A stretch of 62,246 bases of DNA from an uncultured Candidatus Saccharibacteria bacterium. Lineage in GTDB: Bacteria > Patescibacteriota > Minisyncoccia > Minisyncoccales > MHMH01. A program made the translations under genes and the position numbers. Positions 1 through 9,416 of this stretch are shown piece after piece; within the stretch, counting starts at the first letter, position 1; each line of letters starts with the position of its first letter. The stretch lies in the NCBI GenBank assembly GCA_964393465.1, contig CAYMTT010000001.1, positions 1-62,246 on the forward strand. Direction: 5' to 3'. Under the pieces are notes generated by a model, which worked only from the letters and a program-made list of their open reading frames with translations, was not told the origin of the DNA and did not search any database.

Positions 1-484
1 CTCGCAGTGCTTCAAGTTGGCCGGTCATTGTGCGTTCTTTGGCCGCACGCACACGCTCGCGGGCTTGCTCTGGCACACGTTCAATTACTTGATCAAGTGC
101 GGAAAGATGTTTCGTTGTTGCGTCCGTCACTTCCGCTTCAAGATCAAGCTCACCCGTGCGTTCGGCGCGTTCTTTTGCTTCGGCAAACTGTTCTTCATAG
201 AGCCTCGCTGCCTCTGTTGTATTTTCGTCATCTTGTCGCTCGGCAAGCACTTGCGCTTCCGCTAATCGTTCTTCAGCAAGCGCGAGATAGCGACGCGCTT
301 TGTTGGCTTCGCCAAAGGTAAAAAATGTGCCAACATCCTCAAAGAAACGATCAAGGAAGAATAGCGGGCTTCCAGGTGTCGTTCCTGCTTGCGGCAGATC
401 GTTTGTCTGTGCGCTTACCACGCCGAAAAATGAAAATACTCCAAGCATGGCAATCGCAATAATTTTTTTACTCATATACATCAT
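1..484 (-). CDS. Secreted DUF5667-like protein, N-terminal part (gene runs off the left window edge)
   Basis: Absent from the ORF track because it is open at the window edge. Reverse-strand reading from ATG 484 (in-frame ATGs also at 481 and 475) gives MMYMSKKIIAIAMLGVFSFFGVVSAQTNDLPQAGTTPGSPLFFLDRFFEDVGTFFTFGEANKARRYLALAEERLAEAQ... This is a signal peptide, then an LFFLDR motif and Ala/Glu/Arg-rich helices that I associate with DUF5667 proteins. Confidence 0.6.
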   Translation of the reverse strand, partial: MMYMSKKIIAIAMLGVFSFFGVVSAQTNDLPQAGTTPGSPLFFLDRFFEDVGTFFTFGEANKARRYLALAEERLAEAQVLAERQDDENTTEAARLYEEQFAEAKERAERTGELDLEAEVTDATTKHLSALDQVIERVPEQARERVRAAKERTMTGQLEALR

Positions 485-523
485 TTTATGTTTAGTTATT
501 TATTATGTGGCTCGACCTTTTTT

Positions 524-558
524 ATTATACCACACGGCTGTCTACACTTTTTATTATA
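524..558 (-). promoter_or_regulatory. Two tandem -10 boxes (TATAAT) upstream of the DUF5667-like gene
   Basis: The plus-strand direct repeat TTTATTATACC occurs twice. On the minus strand this reads TGGTATAAT (extended -10, 532..524) and GGTATAAT (560..553). It lies in an AT-rich spacer 40-75 nt upstream of the ATG. No convincing -35 was seen. Confidence 0.35.
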
Positions 559-620
559 CCTGTTATCCCTCCTTTTTAACAAATTTTTGTCAACCTATCC
601 GCAAAAGAAACTCTCAATAA

Positions 621-639
621 CTTTGCGAACCTCGCAAAG
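621..639 (-). terminator. Hairpin downstream of tsaD (possible intrinsic terminator)
   Basis: Perfect inverted repeat CTTTGCGA-acc-TCGCAAAG. On the minus strand it is followed by TTATTGAGAGTTTCTTTTG, a weak U-tract. Confidence 0.4.
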
Positions 640-675
640 CAAAAAGCAGAACAAGAACCTCTCCTTTTTCTTTTA

Positions 676-1698
676 CTATATCCCCAAGTTGGAATCGGCC
701 TTTGCTTGTAAAGGCTTTTTTTGCCGGTTGAAATAGGCGGCAGCGGCCACCATGGCGCCGTTATCCGTGCAGAAAGCCAGATCGGGCTTGTAGTATTCCG
801 ATTCTTTTGAAACTTTTTCTTCCAGCTGCCTTCTAAGCTCTTTGTTGGCGGCCACCCCTCCACCGAGAATGACAGAGCCCACCTTGAACTCCTTTACCGC
901 CCTGTAAGTTTTGGCAAGCAAAACGTCGATTACGGCCTGCTGTACTTCGGAACACATCTCCCGGATATAAGTCAAAGATTTCCTTTTGCGCGGAGGCTGT
1001 TTTTTGTAATGATAGAGCACGGCGGTCTTTAATCCCGAAAAGCTGAAATCGTAGTTTTTCTGATGAATCATGGGCCTGGGCAAAAAAATGGTTCTTTTCC
1101 CCGAAAACTTTTCAGCTTCTCTGGAAATGACAGGACCGCCAGGATATCCCAAACCGAGTATCCTGGCAACCTTGTCCAGGCATTCTCCGGCAGCGTCGTC
1201 CACCGTTTCCCCTATCAGGGAATAAGAGCCTATTTTTTTCATCAAGACCAGCTGGGTATGCCCTCCGCTGACAATAAGGCAAACGGCAGGCAGTTTTATT
1301 GAATCTATATCCTTGTTTATATAGTTCGCAAGAATATGGGCTTCCATGTGGTTTACGAAAACCAGGGGCTTTTTATGTCTTTTGGCTTTTTCCAGAGCGA
1401 AATTTATTCCCTCCCAAAGGCAAGGTTCCAATCCGGGGCCGGAAGTGGCCCCTATCAAATCGATATCAGAAAGATTAAAGCCCTTGAGAGCTTTTTTAAA
1501 GACCAAGGAAAGATTCTTTTGGTGTTCCCTTTTTGCCAAGGAAGGGAAAACTCCTCCGTAGGGAGCGTGGAGCTTCACCTGAGAGGAAATCACATTGGAA
1601 AGAACCTGAAGTTTTTTTCCTTTGAACTCCAGCAAGGCACAGGAAGTGTCGTCGCAGGAAGTATCTATCCCTATAATCTTAAGATTTTTGGGGGACAT
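676..1698 (-). CDS. tsaD: tRNA N6-adenosine threonylcarbamoyltransferase TsaD (Kae1/Gcp family)
   Basis: 340 aa. N-terminal IIGIDTSCDDTS, metal-binding HMEAHI and GGGVAAN motifs, with the typical length. Confidence 0.9.
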   Translation of the reverse strand: MSPKNLKIIGIDTSCDDTSCALLEFKGKKLQVLSNVISSQVKLHAPYGGVFPSLAKREHQKNLSLVFKKALKGFNLSDIDLIGATSGPGLEPCLWEGINFALEKAKRHKKPLVFVNHMEAHILANYINKDIDSIKLPAVCLIVSGGHTQLVLMKKIGSYSLIGETVDDAAGECLDKVARILGLGYPGGPVISREAEKFSGKRTIFLPRPMIHQKNYDFSFSGLKTAVLYHYKKQPPRKRKSLTYIREMCSEVQQAVIDVLLAKTYRAVKEFKVGSVILGGGVAANKELRRQLEEKVSKESEYYKPDLAFCTDNGAMVAAAAYFNRQKKPLQAKADSNLGI

Positions 1699-2243
1699 AT
1701 CGTTAAATCTATTACTGTTGAAGGCTCGGACTCTTTTAAATTCCCTGCATCAAAGGCCATGTCGGGCTTCAAGTCTTCGAACTGGGAAACTACTTCTTTG
1801 AATCTGGTCGAGGGCGCGTTTCCTGAAACGTTGGCCGAAGTTCCGGTCAAAGGAAGGCTGGTTTCTTTCAAGAGCTCGTTTATAAATTCGTATTTTGGTA
1901 TTCTCAGGCCTAAGGTTCCTCCTTTTTTCCCTTTCAAGACGGCGGTCACCTGCCCGGGCCAAACCTTTTTTAAAAGCTCTTCCTGTCTTTTGTCCACCTT
2001 GACCAGCTTTTTGGCATACTCCACGTCCTTTACGAAAACGGGGACCTGTTTTTCTTTCTCTCTTTTCTTTATCTTAAAAAGCCTTTCTAAAGCTTTTTTG
2101 TTTCCGTAATCGCATACCAAACCGTAAACGGTGTCGGTGGGGCAGATCAAAACTTTCCCTTCTTTCAAGGCCTTGGCCGCTTTTTTGATATCCGGCTTTA
2201 TTATTTCCATATTCCAATCTACCTTATTCTCTCTCAAATTCAA
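1671..2243 (-). CDS. tsaC: L-threonylcarbamoyladenylate synthase, YrdC/TsaC family
   Basis: 190 aa with CPTDTVYGLVCD and GTSANVSG motifs of the YrdC/Sua5 domain. The start may be the internal ATG at 2210 (MEIIKPD...). Confidence 0.85.
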   Translation of the reverse strand: MNLRENKVDWNMEIIKPDIKKAAKALKEGKVLICPTDTVYGLVCDYGNKKALERLFKIKKREKEKQVPVFVKDVEYAKKLVKVDKRQEELLKKVWPGQVTAVLKGKKGGTLGLRIPKYEFINELLKETSLPLTGTSANVSGNAPSTRFKEVVSQFEDLKPDMAFDAGNLKESEPSTVIDLTICPPKILRL

Positions 2244-3147
2244 CCTTTTTTTCCTTCCTGGCTTTGGTGGAATAATACTTTGTCAGCCTTTCGGCTTTCT
2301 TTCGGGCAGATTCTGGAATCCGGCCTCTTTGATAATTCCTGACCAGGGTCAGGGGACCGGAATAGTCTTTCAATTCCAGCAGAAGATCTTCTTTCCCGGC
2401 AAGCTTTCTTATCCCCCCGTTTTCCTTTTCGTTCCTGCCCACCACGATTTTTGTCTTTCCGCTCCAAAAGTGCCTGCCAAGCTTCAAAAGCTCGATGTCG
2501 TCTTTTCCGCATTCGGGGTATTTTCCAAAAAGCTCTTTTAAGCGCAAGCTGAACTGCAAATCCGTCAAAAGGCAGCCTCCCGCCGGCGTGGGATATTTTT
2601 TTATCTTCCATTTTTTGGCAAGCTCCATCTGTTTTTTCCGGGAGCGCCCGGAAATGGAAAAAAGCTTTTTCCTGTCCACCCAGCCCTTTTTTTCCGGCAG
2701 AGTCAAGGGAAGCAGTTTCGCAGAAAGCGGCCTCAGCAAAAGCCCGGCCAAGGAAGATTCCTTCTCTGCCAAAAAAAGAGCTTGAATATTCTGGGACATG
2801 GGCCTCTGGCCCAAAACTTCCCCGGTAGCTATGAAATCAAACCCTTCTTTTTCCATTGTCTTTTTGGCTTCCTTGAGCATTAAAATCCGGCAGTCCGTGC
2901 AGGGATTCATTCCCTTCCCCATTCCATGCAAGGGGCGCTTTACCGTTTCCAAGTACTTTTCCGATATGTCTTTTGCCTTGAAGGGAATCTTTAGCTTTTT
3001 GGCGGCTTCTTTTGGCTGTTTTTCATTAAAAAAACAGCTCTTGAAAGATAGAGCGGTAATTTTTATCCCCTGCCTTTTCAAGATTTCAGCTGCCAAAATG
3101 GAATCGAGTCCTCCGGAAAAGAGAACCAGAGCTTTAACTTTTTTCAT
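2224..3147 (-). CDS. PP-loop ATP pyrophosphatase, ThiI-like without THUMP domain (probable tRNA thiolation enzyme)
   Basis: 307 aa. SGGLDS PP-loop at the N-terminus, CTDCRILM, and [14 protein letters not shown] resembling the ThiI adenylation domain. I do not recognise the C-terminal ~130 aa. Confidence 0.6.
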   Translation of the reverse strand: MKKVKALVLFSGGLDSILAAEILKRQGIKITALSFKSCFFNEKQPKEAAKKLKIPFKAKDISEKYLETVKRPLHGMGKGMNPCTDCRILMLKEAKKTMEKEGFDFIATGEVLGQRPMSQNIQALFLAEKESSLAGLLLRPLSAKLLPLTLPEKKGWVDRKKLFSISGRSRKKQMELAKKWKIKKYPTPAGGCLLTDLQFSLRLKELFGKYPECGKDDIELLKLGRHFWSGKTKIVVGRNEKENGGIRKLAGKEDLLLELKDYSGPLTLVRNYQRGRIPESARKKAERLTKYYSTKARKEKKVEFERE

Positions 3148-4291
3148 TGACGAATTTGGTGTAAAAACTAGAGTTGTCTTTAAGGTCTTGGAAAACCACG
3201 GAGGCCGGCCCCACCAGGCAGCCGGAACCTATTTTTACTCCCGGCATCAAGGAAACGTTTATGCCAAAACGAGTATTTTCCCCGACAATGGCCCCCAAAG
3301 AATTCATCCCCGTTTTTTTGATCTCTCCCTTATCGAACCTGATATTGGCAGTAACCGTGCCCGCTCCCGTGCGGCAGTCTTTGCCGAAAATCGAATCTCC
3401 GAAATACCCCGAATGGACGTGGACTCCTTTCTGGAAAATGCACCTGGCCACTTCAGCTTGCGACCCAACCATGGCACCTTCCTCCAAATCGGTGTAATCC
3501 CTGACCACGGCGTTGTTCCCTATCAGGCAGTTGTCGCCGATATAGCAGGGGGGATTGATTACAGCCCCCTTGAAAATCTTGACGTTCTTTCCGACGTAAA
3601 CTTTGTTTTTACCCAGATTCTTTTCCATTAAATATCTGGCTGCGGAAAAAAGATTCCAGGGATATTTCAAAGAAGGAGTTTCCTCTTCTTTTTTCTTTAA
3701 AACAACGGCTTTGTAATTCTTTTCCCTGGCGTAAAGGGACAAAGCCTCTTCGAAGTCGTAATCGTGTCTGCCGACTTTTTTGTAAAAGCCGAAGAAATCC
3801 TTATCCAAAGGATAGACGCCCACAACCTTCAAATCCGAAGGGGCTCTGTTTTTGGGTTTCTCTATTATGCCTTCAATCCTGTTTCCTTTGAACTTCAGCA
3901 TTCCGAAAAGCTCCGGAGTCTTGGTTTTCTGGGCAAAAAGCACTTTTTTAAAAGACCCTCTGCAGCCCTGGAGTATTTCTCCGGCGTCTATCTTTCCGGC
4001 GTTCAGAACCAGAAAGGGGCCTTTAATGAAATCCTTTGCCTGCCAAAGGGCATTGCCCATGCCCGAAGGGTTTTTTTGGACCGCGTACTTTATTTTTTTA
4101 TCCTTCAGCTCTTTTTCTATTTCCCTTGTCGAATCCTGAACGACTATAATTTCTTTCACTCCAGCTTTTTTTAGCCCGTCTATGGTATGGGAAATCAAAG
4201 GACGCCCCATTATTCTGAAAAGGGACTTGTGTTTGTAGTTTAAAGGCCAAAAACGGCTCGAACGGCCGGCGGCCAGAATCACGGCCTGCAT
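3134..4291 (-). CDS. Sugar-1-phosphate nucleotidyltransferase with C-terminal left-handed beta-helix (archaeal GlmU-like)
   Basis: [20 protein letters not shown]-transferase motif, plus hexapeptide repeats ([39 protein letters not shown]). I moved the start from track position 4417 to ATG 4291, which removes a 139-nt overlap with the upstream gene. Confidence 0.8.
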   Translation of the reverse strand: MQAVILAAGRSSRFWPLNYKHKSLFRIMGRPLISHTIDGLKKAGVKEIIVVQDSTREIEKELKDKKIKYAVQKNPSGMGNALWQAKDFIKGPFLVLNAGKIDAGEILQGCRGSFKKVLFAQKTKTPELFGMLKFKGNRIEGIIEKPKNRAPSDLKVVGVYPLDKDFFGFYKKVGRHDYDFEEALSLYAREKNYKAVVLKKKEEETPSLKYPWNLFSAARYLMEKNLGKNKVYVGKNVKIFKGAVINPPCYIGDNCLIGNNAVVRDYTDLEEGAMVGSQAEVARCIFQKGVHVHSGYFGDSIFGKDCRTGAGTVTANIRFDKGEIKKTGMNSLGAIVGENTRFGINVSLMPGVKIGSGCLVGPASVVFQDLKDNSSFYTKFVNEKS

Positions 4292-5268
4292 AATTGGAAT
4301 ATTGCTTTTGATAATTTTTCCGGATCGTGGCAAATAGATCCGGAGTCCGAAATGAGATCGGCCCCCAGATATTTTTTCCCGGGCAGAATGCTGCCCAAAG
4401 CTATGGGCTCCAAGCATTCGGGATAATTTTTTTTGTGCCCGCTCACTCTCTTTGGGGAGGGCTTTCTATTGTTGTAGATCACTTTATCCAGCAGTCCTCC
4501 CAAATATTTTTCGATTTCGTTGGCGAATTTCACAACGGTGTATCCGTTGGTTTCCCCGTACTTTGTCATTAAATTGCAGATGTAAACTTTTTTGGCCCGG
4601 CTTTTTCTGACGGCTTCGGAAATCCCTTTTACCAGCAAAATCTGAGACAAAGAAGAATAAAGGTCGCCCGGACCCATGACTATAAGATCGGCTTCCTTGA
4701 TGGCTTTCAAAGCGCCGGGATAAGCTTTGGCTTCCGGCTCCAAGAAAACCCTCTTTATTTTCAAATTCCCGTCGTGCTTGGGAATGTCTATTTCTCCCTC
4801 TCCCCTGACGATTTGCCCGTTTTCCAGCTCGGCACAGAGAGTGGCATCTTCCAAAGTAGAAGGAAAAATATCGCAGTAAGAAGGAATTCTCAAATCATCT
4901 TTCAAATCATCTTTCAATTCTTTTAAGGCCCGCTCCGTGCTTCCGGAAGAAGCCAGGACGGCGTTGGTGCAGTAAATGTTTGCCAGAACGTGCCCCTTCA
5001 TGGGACTGTTTTCGCTTTGATAGCGGTAAGCGAAAAGATTCTTTTTCGAGGGAGAAATTCGAGCCAAAGCCAAAACCGCTCTCCTGAAATCGCCGAAAGC
5101 CACTTTGGTGCCGAATTGTCTTCTTTCTCTGCCCGCCGATCCTCCGCTGTCGAGCATGGCCGAAACCACCGAAAGCTTTACAGGATACTTTTTAAGGCCT
5201 TGCAAAACGGCCTCGGGCATGGCATTTCCTCCGCCCAAACAGACTATTTTCGGGCAAGTTTCTTTCAT
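4279..5268 (-). CDS. YvcK/CofD-family protein (UPF0052, gluconeogenesis-factor-like)
   Basis: 329 aa. [13 protein letters not shown]-terminus and GPGDLYSS motif typical of the 2-phospho-L-lactate transferase/YvcK fold. Confidence 0.75.
   Translation of the reverse strand: MKETCPKIVCLGGGNAMPEAVLQGLKKYPVKLSVVSAMLDSGGSAGRERRQFGTKVAFGDFRRAVLALARISPSKKNLFAYRYQSENSPMKGHVLANIYCTNAVLASSGSTERALKELKDDLKDDLRIPSYCDIFPSTLEDATLCAELENGQIVRGEGEIDIPKHDGNLKIKRVFLEPEAKAYPGALKAIKEADLIVMGPGDLYSSLSQILLVKGISEAVRKSRAKKVYICNLMTKYGETNGYTVVKFANEIEKYLGGLLDKVIYNNRKPSPKRVSGHKKNYPECLEPIALGSILPGKKYLGADLISDSGSICHDPEKLSKAIFQLCRP
4891..4917. repeat. Perfect 12-bp tandem duplication (2.25 copies) inside the yvcK-like gene
   Basis: CAAATCATCTTT at 4891-4902 and again at 4903-4914, followed by CAA. 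In frame, it encodes the duplicated LKDD-LKDD. Confidence 0.9.
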
Positions 5269-5304
5269 AATTAATGTTTAACACGTTTTCTGAAAGATTT
5301 CAAG

Positions 5305-5330
5305 GTAAAAAAAGAGGGGTACAACCCCCA
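5305..5330 (-). terminator. Intrinsic terminator after iorB
   Basis: The minus strand reads GGGGG-TTGTA-CCCCT followed by CTTTTTTT, 30 nt downstream of the iorB stop. Confidence 0.55.
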
Positions 5331-5359
5331 TAATGCCTCGAAAAATTGTCTTCTGGCGG

Positions 5360-5935
5360 TCAGGCTTTTTCTGCCAAATGAAAAGTTTTCCTGTTCAACT
5401 CCAAATGCTGGGGAGGAAGGACTTTTTCAACAGCTTTCAAAATTGAAGAAGATTTCAAGGGAATAATTCCCTTGAAAGAAGCCAAGCTCAAAAGATAGAT
5501 TCCGGCGGTCACCGAAACTCCGAGCTCTTTTTTGCAGATTTCCGAAGCCGGAACCAGAAAAATTTTTTCGCTAATCTTCTTCAGGGAGGCTAAAACTTCT
5601 TTTTCAGAAAGCGACTTTTGCATGGGAATCGGAACCGTCTGATTGTTCACCAAAAAACTGGTCCGGGAGCCGGCAAAAAAGGCTCCTCTTAAGGTTTCTT
5701 GAAGCTCCAAAGAAAGAACCACATCGGCCCGCCCCTCCATAACCATGGGCGAATAGATCTTCCTGCCGAATCTCACGTGCACCTGCACCGAACCCCCTCT
5801 CTGGCTCAAACCGTGGAGCTCGGAGGTCTTTAAATCTTTTCCCTCCAAAAGGGCGGCTTCAGCCAGCACCTGCAAAAGGGTTATCAATCCCTGTCCTCCC
5901 GTACCCACTATTACTATGTTGAATTGGTCTTTCAT
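5360..5935 (-). CDS. iorB: Indolepyruvate/2-oxoacid:ferredoxin oxidoreductase, beta (gamma-domain) subunit
   Basis: 191 aa. NIVIVGTGGQGLITL motif of the POR gamma/IorB family, immediately downstream of iorA. Confidence 0.8.
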   Translation of the reverse strand: MKDQFNIVIVGTGGQGLITLLQVLAEAALLEGKDLKTSELHGLSQRGGSVQVHVRFGRKIYSPMVMEGRADVVLSLELQETLRGAFFAGSRTSFLVNNQTVPIPMQKSLSEKEVLASLKKISEKIFLVPASEICKKELGVSVTAGIYLLSLASFKGIIPLKSSSILKAVEKVLPPQHLELNRKTFHLAEKA

Positions 5936-5936
5936 G

Positions 5937-7571
5937 TTATTTCTTTTTTTGCATGAAAACGCAGGGGTGATCGGCTATAATTACCGAAACCTTTTCTTTT
6001 TCCAAAAATTCCTTGACCGTGCCCACGAACAGCTCCTGATCGGCAGGATCCACCGTCTTTACGTTCTCCACTCCGCAGGCCCTGACTATTTTCTCTATAT
6101 TCAAATCGTCACCCGAAGGCACCTGGGCTCCCGGATGGGGCTGGTGCCCGGTCATGGCCGTGGTCTGATTGCTCAATATTATGATCAAGGGGTTGGATTT
6201 ATTGAATACGGTGTTTATCAAAGCTGGAATTCCGGAATGGAAAAAAGTGCCGTCTCCGATAAAAGTGATGAGTTTTTGCCCGGTGGCTTTCTTTATCCCG
6301 TGGGCGATGCCCACAGAAGACCCCATGCAGGAAAGGTAATCCTGCAGAAAATGAGGAGGGCCGCCGGCCAGCATATAGCAGCCGATATCTCCTCCGAAAA
6401 CCACTTTTTCGGGATCAACCGCCTTTTTCACGCCTCCGAAAACCAGCCAATAAGGGCATCCGGGACAAAGCTGAGGGCGCCTCAAAACCGGCTTTAAATC
6501 TTTTTTCTCAGGGGTGAATTTTTTACCGGCAAAGGAAGCCACCGCTCCCGCTACTTGGCCCGGGGTGAGCTCTCCGACCTGAGGCAAAAGATTTTTACCC
6601 AGAACCTGCAAGCCGCAGTTGGATTTTTTTGCTGTCCTTTCCAATTCCCTTTCCAGATAAGGCTCGAGCTCTTCGACCACCAGAACCTTCTTGAAATTTC
6701 CGACGAACTTTTCTATCTTTTTTTCGGGCAAAGGATAAAAAGAACCCAGTTTCAAAACGGGCAGTTTAAGGTTAAGTTCTTTTAAAGCTTCCTTGACGTA
6801 AAGATAGGAAACACCGGAAGCGATTATCCCTGTTTTCCCTTTTGCCGGATTTTCAATCTTGTTGATGCCGGATTTTTCGAAAAATTCCCTTATCTTTTCT
6901 TCTTTTCCCAGAAGCTCTCTTTTCATTTCCAGAACCCGCGGAGGCATGGTCACGAACTTTTTGTTGTCCTTGACGAACTTTCCCTTGGCAGTTGAAGAGA
7001 CAACTTTGGAAAAGGTAACGGGCATTTTTTGATGGGAAACCCTGGTAGTGGTCCTCACCATTACCGGTATCGAGAATTTTTCTGAAATTTGGAAAGCAAG
7101 TTTGACGAATTCTTTACATTCCTGGGGATCGGAAGGCTCCAAGGTGGGGATGTGGGCGAGATATGAAAAGCCCCGGCTGTTTTCTTCAGACTGGGCCGAA
7201 CTGTGGCAGGAAGGGTCGTCGGCCACCAAGAGAACGGTAGGGCCCTTGGTTCCGGTGTAGACAAAAGGCAGCAAAGCGTCAGAACAGACGTTAACCCCGA
7301 AGTTTTTCATGGCTACCAGGGTTTTTAGGCCGGAAAAGGAAGCCCCCACTCCGGCCTCCAGGGCCACTTTTTCATTGGAAGAAAATTCAAAATGCCCCTT
7401 GAAATCCCCGCTTCCAGAAAGCTTGAAAAAAGTGTTGCCCACTTCCGAAGCCGGAGTGCCGGGATAAGTGGAAACGAACTGCACGCCCGATTCCAAAGCT
7501 CCCCGGACGACGGCTTCATTGCCCAGTAAAATCATTTTTTTGCCGGAAATGTTTTGAGTTAAAGGATTCAT
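5937..7571 (-). CDS. iorA: Indolepyruvate:ferredoxin oxidoreductase alpha subunit (TPP-binding)
   Basis: 544 aa. Pyrimidine-binding N-terminal domain, CPGCPY, and the TPP motif GDGTFFHSG...NQTTAMTG. No C-terminal CxxCxxCxxxCP ferredoxin motifs are visible. Confidence 0.8.
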   Translation of the reverse strand: MNPLTQNISGKKMILLGNEAVVRGALESGVQFVSTYPGTPASEVGNTFFKLSGSGDFKGHFEFSSNEKVALEAGVGASFSGLKTLVAMKNFGVNVCSDALLPFVYTGTKGPTVLLVADDPSCHSSAQSEENSRGFSYLAHIPTLEPSDPQECKEFVKLAFQISEKFSIPVMVRTTTRVSHQKMPVTFSKVVSSTAKGKFVKDNKKFVTMPPRVLEMKRELLGKEEKIREFFEKSGINKIENPAKGKTGIIASGVSYLYVKEALKELNLKLPVLKLGSFYPLPEKKIEKFVGNFKKVLVVEELEPYLERELERTAKKSNCGLQVLGKNLLPQVGELTPGQVAGAVASFAGKKFTPEKKDLKPVLRRPQLCPGCPYWLVFGGVKKAVDPEKVVFGGDIGCYMLAGGPPHFLQDYLSCMGSSVGIAHGIKKATGQKLITFIGDGTFFHSGIPALINTVFNKSNPLIIILSNQTTAMTGHQPHPGAQVPSGDDLNIEKIVRACGVENVKTVDPADQELFVGTVKEFLEKEKVSVIIADHPCVFMQKKK

Positions 7572-7577
7572 TTAAAA

Positions 7578-9416
7578 TTACTCTACGGTTACCGATTTTG
7601 CCAAATTCCTGGGCTTGTCAACATCGCATCCCCGGGCTATTCCCATGTGGTAGGCAAAAAGCTGCAGGGGAACCACGCTTAAAATGGGAGTAAGCATTTC
7701 CGAAGTCTTGGGAATGCAGATTACATCGTCCGCCAATCCCTTGAGCTTGTCTTTTCCGTCTTCATTGACCACGGCTATTATCGGCGCCTTTCTAGCTTTG
7801 ACCTCCTGCATATTGGAAATGGTTTTTTCGAAAATGCTGTCCGAAGGAGCGATAAACACGAAGGGAAAGTTTTCGTCCGCCAGAGCCAGAGGACCGTGCT
7901 TCATCTCTCCGCCGGCCAAACCTTCTGCATGAATGGGATAAGCTATCTCTTTGAGTTTCAATGCCCCTTCCATGGCAATGGGATAGTTATATTTTCTGCC
8001 CAGGTATATGAAATTGTTGTATTTTGAATATTTGTCGGCCAGCTTCTTTATATGCTTGCCTTCCTTGTCCAAAATCTCTTTTATTTGCAAGGGCAACTTC
8101 TGGAGGTCCTGAATCAGCCTCTGGCCTTTTATCAGGCTCAAATTTCTCTGCCTGCCCAGGTAAAGGGTCATCAAAGAAAGTATGGTCAGCTGGGAGATGA
8201 AAGATTTGGTGGCGGCCACCCCGATTTCGGGACCTATATGGTTGTAGACGCCGGCTGCCGTTTCCCTGACCAAACTGCTGCCTATGGAATTGACTATTCC
8301 CAGGGTCAAGAGATCTTTTCTTTTGGCTTCCTTGACCGCGGCCAAGGTGTCCGCAGTCTCTCCGGACTGGGATATTGCCAGCAAGGCGGTGTTCCCCCCC
8401 AGAACCGGCTTTCTGTAGCGGAATTCCGAAGCCACGTCCACTTCTACGGGTATGCCCACGTATTCTTCTATCATATATTCACCGACCATTCCCGAATGGT
8501 AGGCGGTTCCGCAGGCGACGATGTTCAATCTGTCTGTTTTTCTCAAATCTTTTTCAACGTTCTGCAAGCCCCCGAGCCTGGCCATTCCCTCTTGGGGTAC
8601 GAGCCTGCCCTTCAGGGAATTTTCAACGGCTTCCGGGCCTTCCATTATTTCTTTTAGCATAAAATGAGGATAGCCTCCTTTCTGGATGTCGGAAACCTGC
8701 ATTTCCAGAACTTCGGGCTGTCTTTCTTTCAGTATGAAAAAGTCTTTTTTGGTCATGACCGCGATCTCGTTGTCGTCGAGATTTATAACCTTGTTGGTGT
8801 GAGGAAGAAGAGCGGTGGCGTCCGATGCTACGATATAATCGCCTTCGGAAGAAATTCCCAACAGCAAAGGACTGGAAAAGCGGGCGGCCACCATCTTGTC
8901 CGGATCGTCCCTGGCTATCACCACCAAGGCATAAGCTCCGCGAATTTCCCTTAAAGCTTTCCTGACGGCTTCCTCAAGATTGCCCTCGAAATGATTTTCC
9001 ACCAAATGGGCGATTACCTCCGTATCGGTTTCGGTTGAAAAAACATGCCCCTCTTTTTGAAGGGACTCTTTGAGCTCTTTGTAGTTTTCCACTATGCCGT
9101 TATGGGCCAGCCAGATATTTTTCTTGCAGTCGCAATGAGGATGGGCGTTGGCATCGGTAACCCCTCCGTGAGTGGCCCACCTGGTATGAAGGATGGAAGG
9201 ATTGACCTCCAGCTCCGAATCGCTGCCGTTGTTAAAATATTCTTTCTCCAAGGCGTCTATCCTTCCGGCTTTTTTAAAACAAAAAACCTCTTTTTTCTGG
9301 GGGTTGTAAAAAGCGAATCCGGCAGAGTCATATCCTCTGTACTCCAGCCTTTTTAAGGCCGCAAGCCCGGTTTTTATTTTTTTGGGTCGGCCGAAATAGC
9401 CGACTATTCCGCACAT
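7578..9416 (-). CDS. glmS: Glutamine--fructose-6-phosphate aminotransferase
   Basis: 612 aa. MCGIVGY Cys nucleophile, two SIS domains, and a C-terminal ...NLAKSVTVE. Confidence 0.95.
   Translation of the reverse strand: MCGIVGYFGRPKKIKTGLAALKRLEYRGYDSAGFAFYNPQKKEVFCFKKAGRIDALEKEYFNNGSDSELEVNPSILHTRWATHGGVTDANAHPHCDCKKNIWLAHNGIVENYKELKESLQKEGHVFSTETDTEVIAHLVENHFEGNLEEAVRKALREIRGAYALVVIARDDPDKMVAARFSSPLLLGISSEGDYIVASDATALLPHTNKVINLDDNEIAVMTKKDFFILKERQPEVLEMQVSDIQKGGYPHFMLKEIMEGPEAVENSLKGRLVPQEGMARLGGLQNVEKDLRKTDRLNIVACGTAYHSGMVGEYMIEEYVGIPVEVDVASEFRYRKPVLGGNTALLAISQSGETADTLAAVKEAKRKDLLTLGIVNSIGSSLVRETAAGVYNHIGPEIGVAATKSFISQLTILSLMTLYLGRQRNLSLIKGQRLIQDLQKLPLQIKEILDKEGKHIKKLADKYSKYNNFIYLGRKYNYPIAMEGALKLKEIAYPIHAEGLAGGEMKHGPLALADENFPFVFIAPSDSIFEKTISNMQEVKARKAPIIAVVNEDGKDKLKGLADDVICIPKTSEMLTPILSVVPLQLFAYHMGIARGCDVDKPRNLAKSVTVE

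Noticed and set aside
1336-2109. Other long antisense ORFs: 1336-2109, 2798-3631, 11123-11932, 14372-15244, 20034-20858, 23857-24687, 42123-42911, 58719-59354, 61204-62067, and many shorter ones.
   Set aside because: Each lies entirely within a confidently identified gene on the opposite strand. All translate to Phe/Leu/Ser/Pro-rich low-complexity sequence and lack start signals, so I treat them as shadow ORFs.
3134-4417. N-terminal extensions proposed by the ORF track: 3134-4417, 33824-34306, 47214-48014, 52994-53989, 55550-56062, 57439-58125, 58017-60008, 59995-60282, 60266-61261.
   Set aside because: In each case an internal ATG reproduces the conserved family N-terminus. It also removes a long overlap with the upstream gene or, for archease, a run through a terminator hairpin. 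The extensions have no family similarity.
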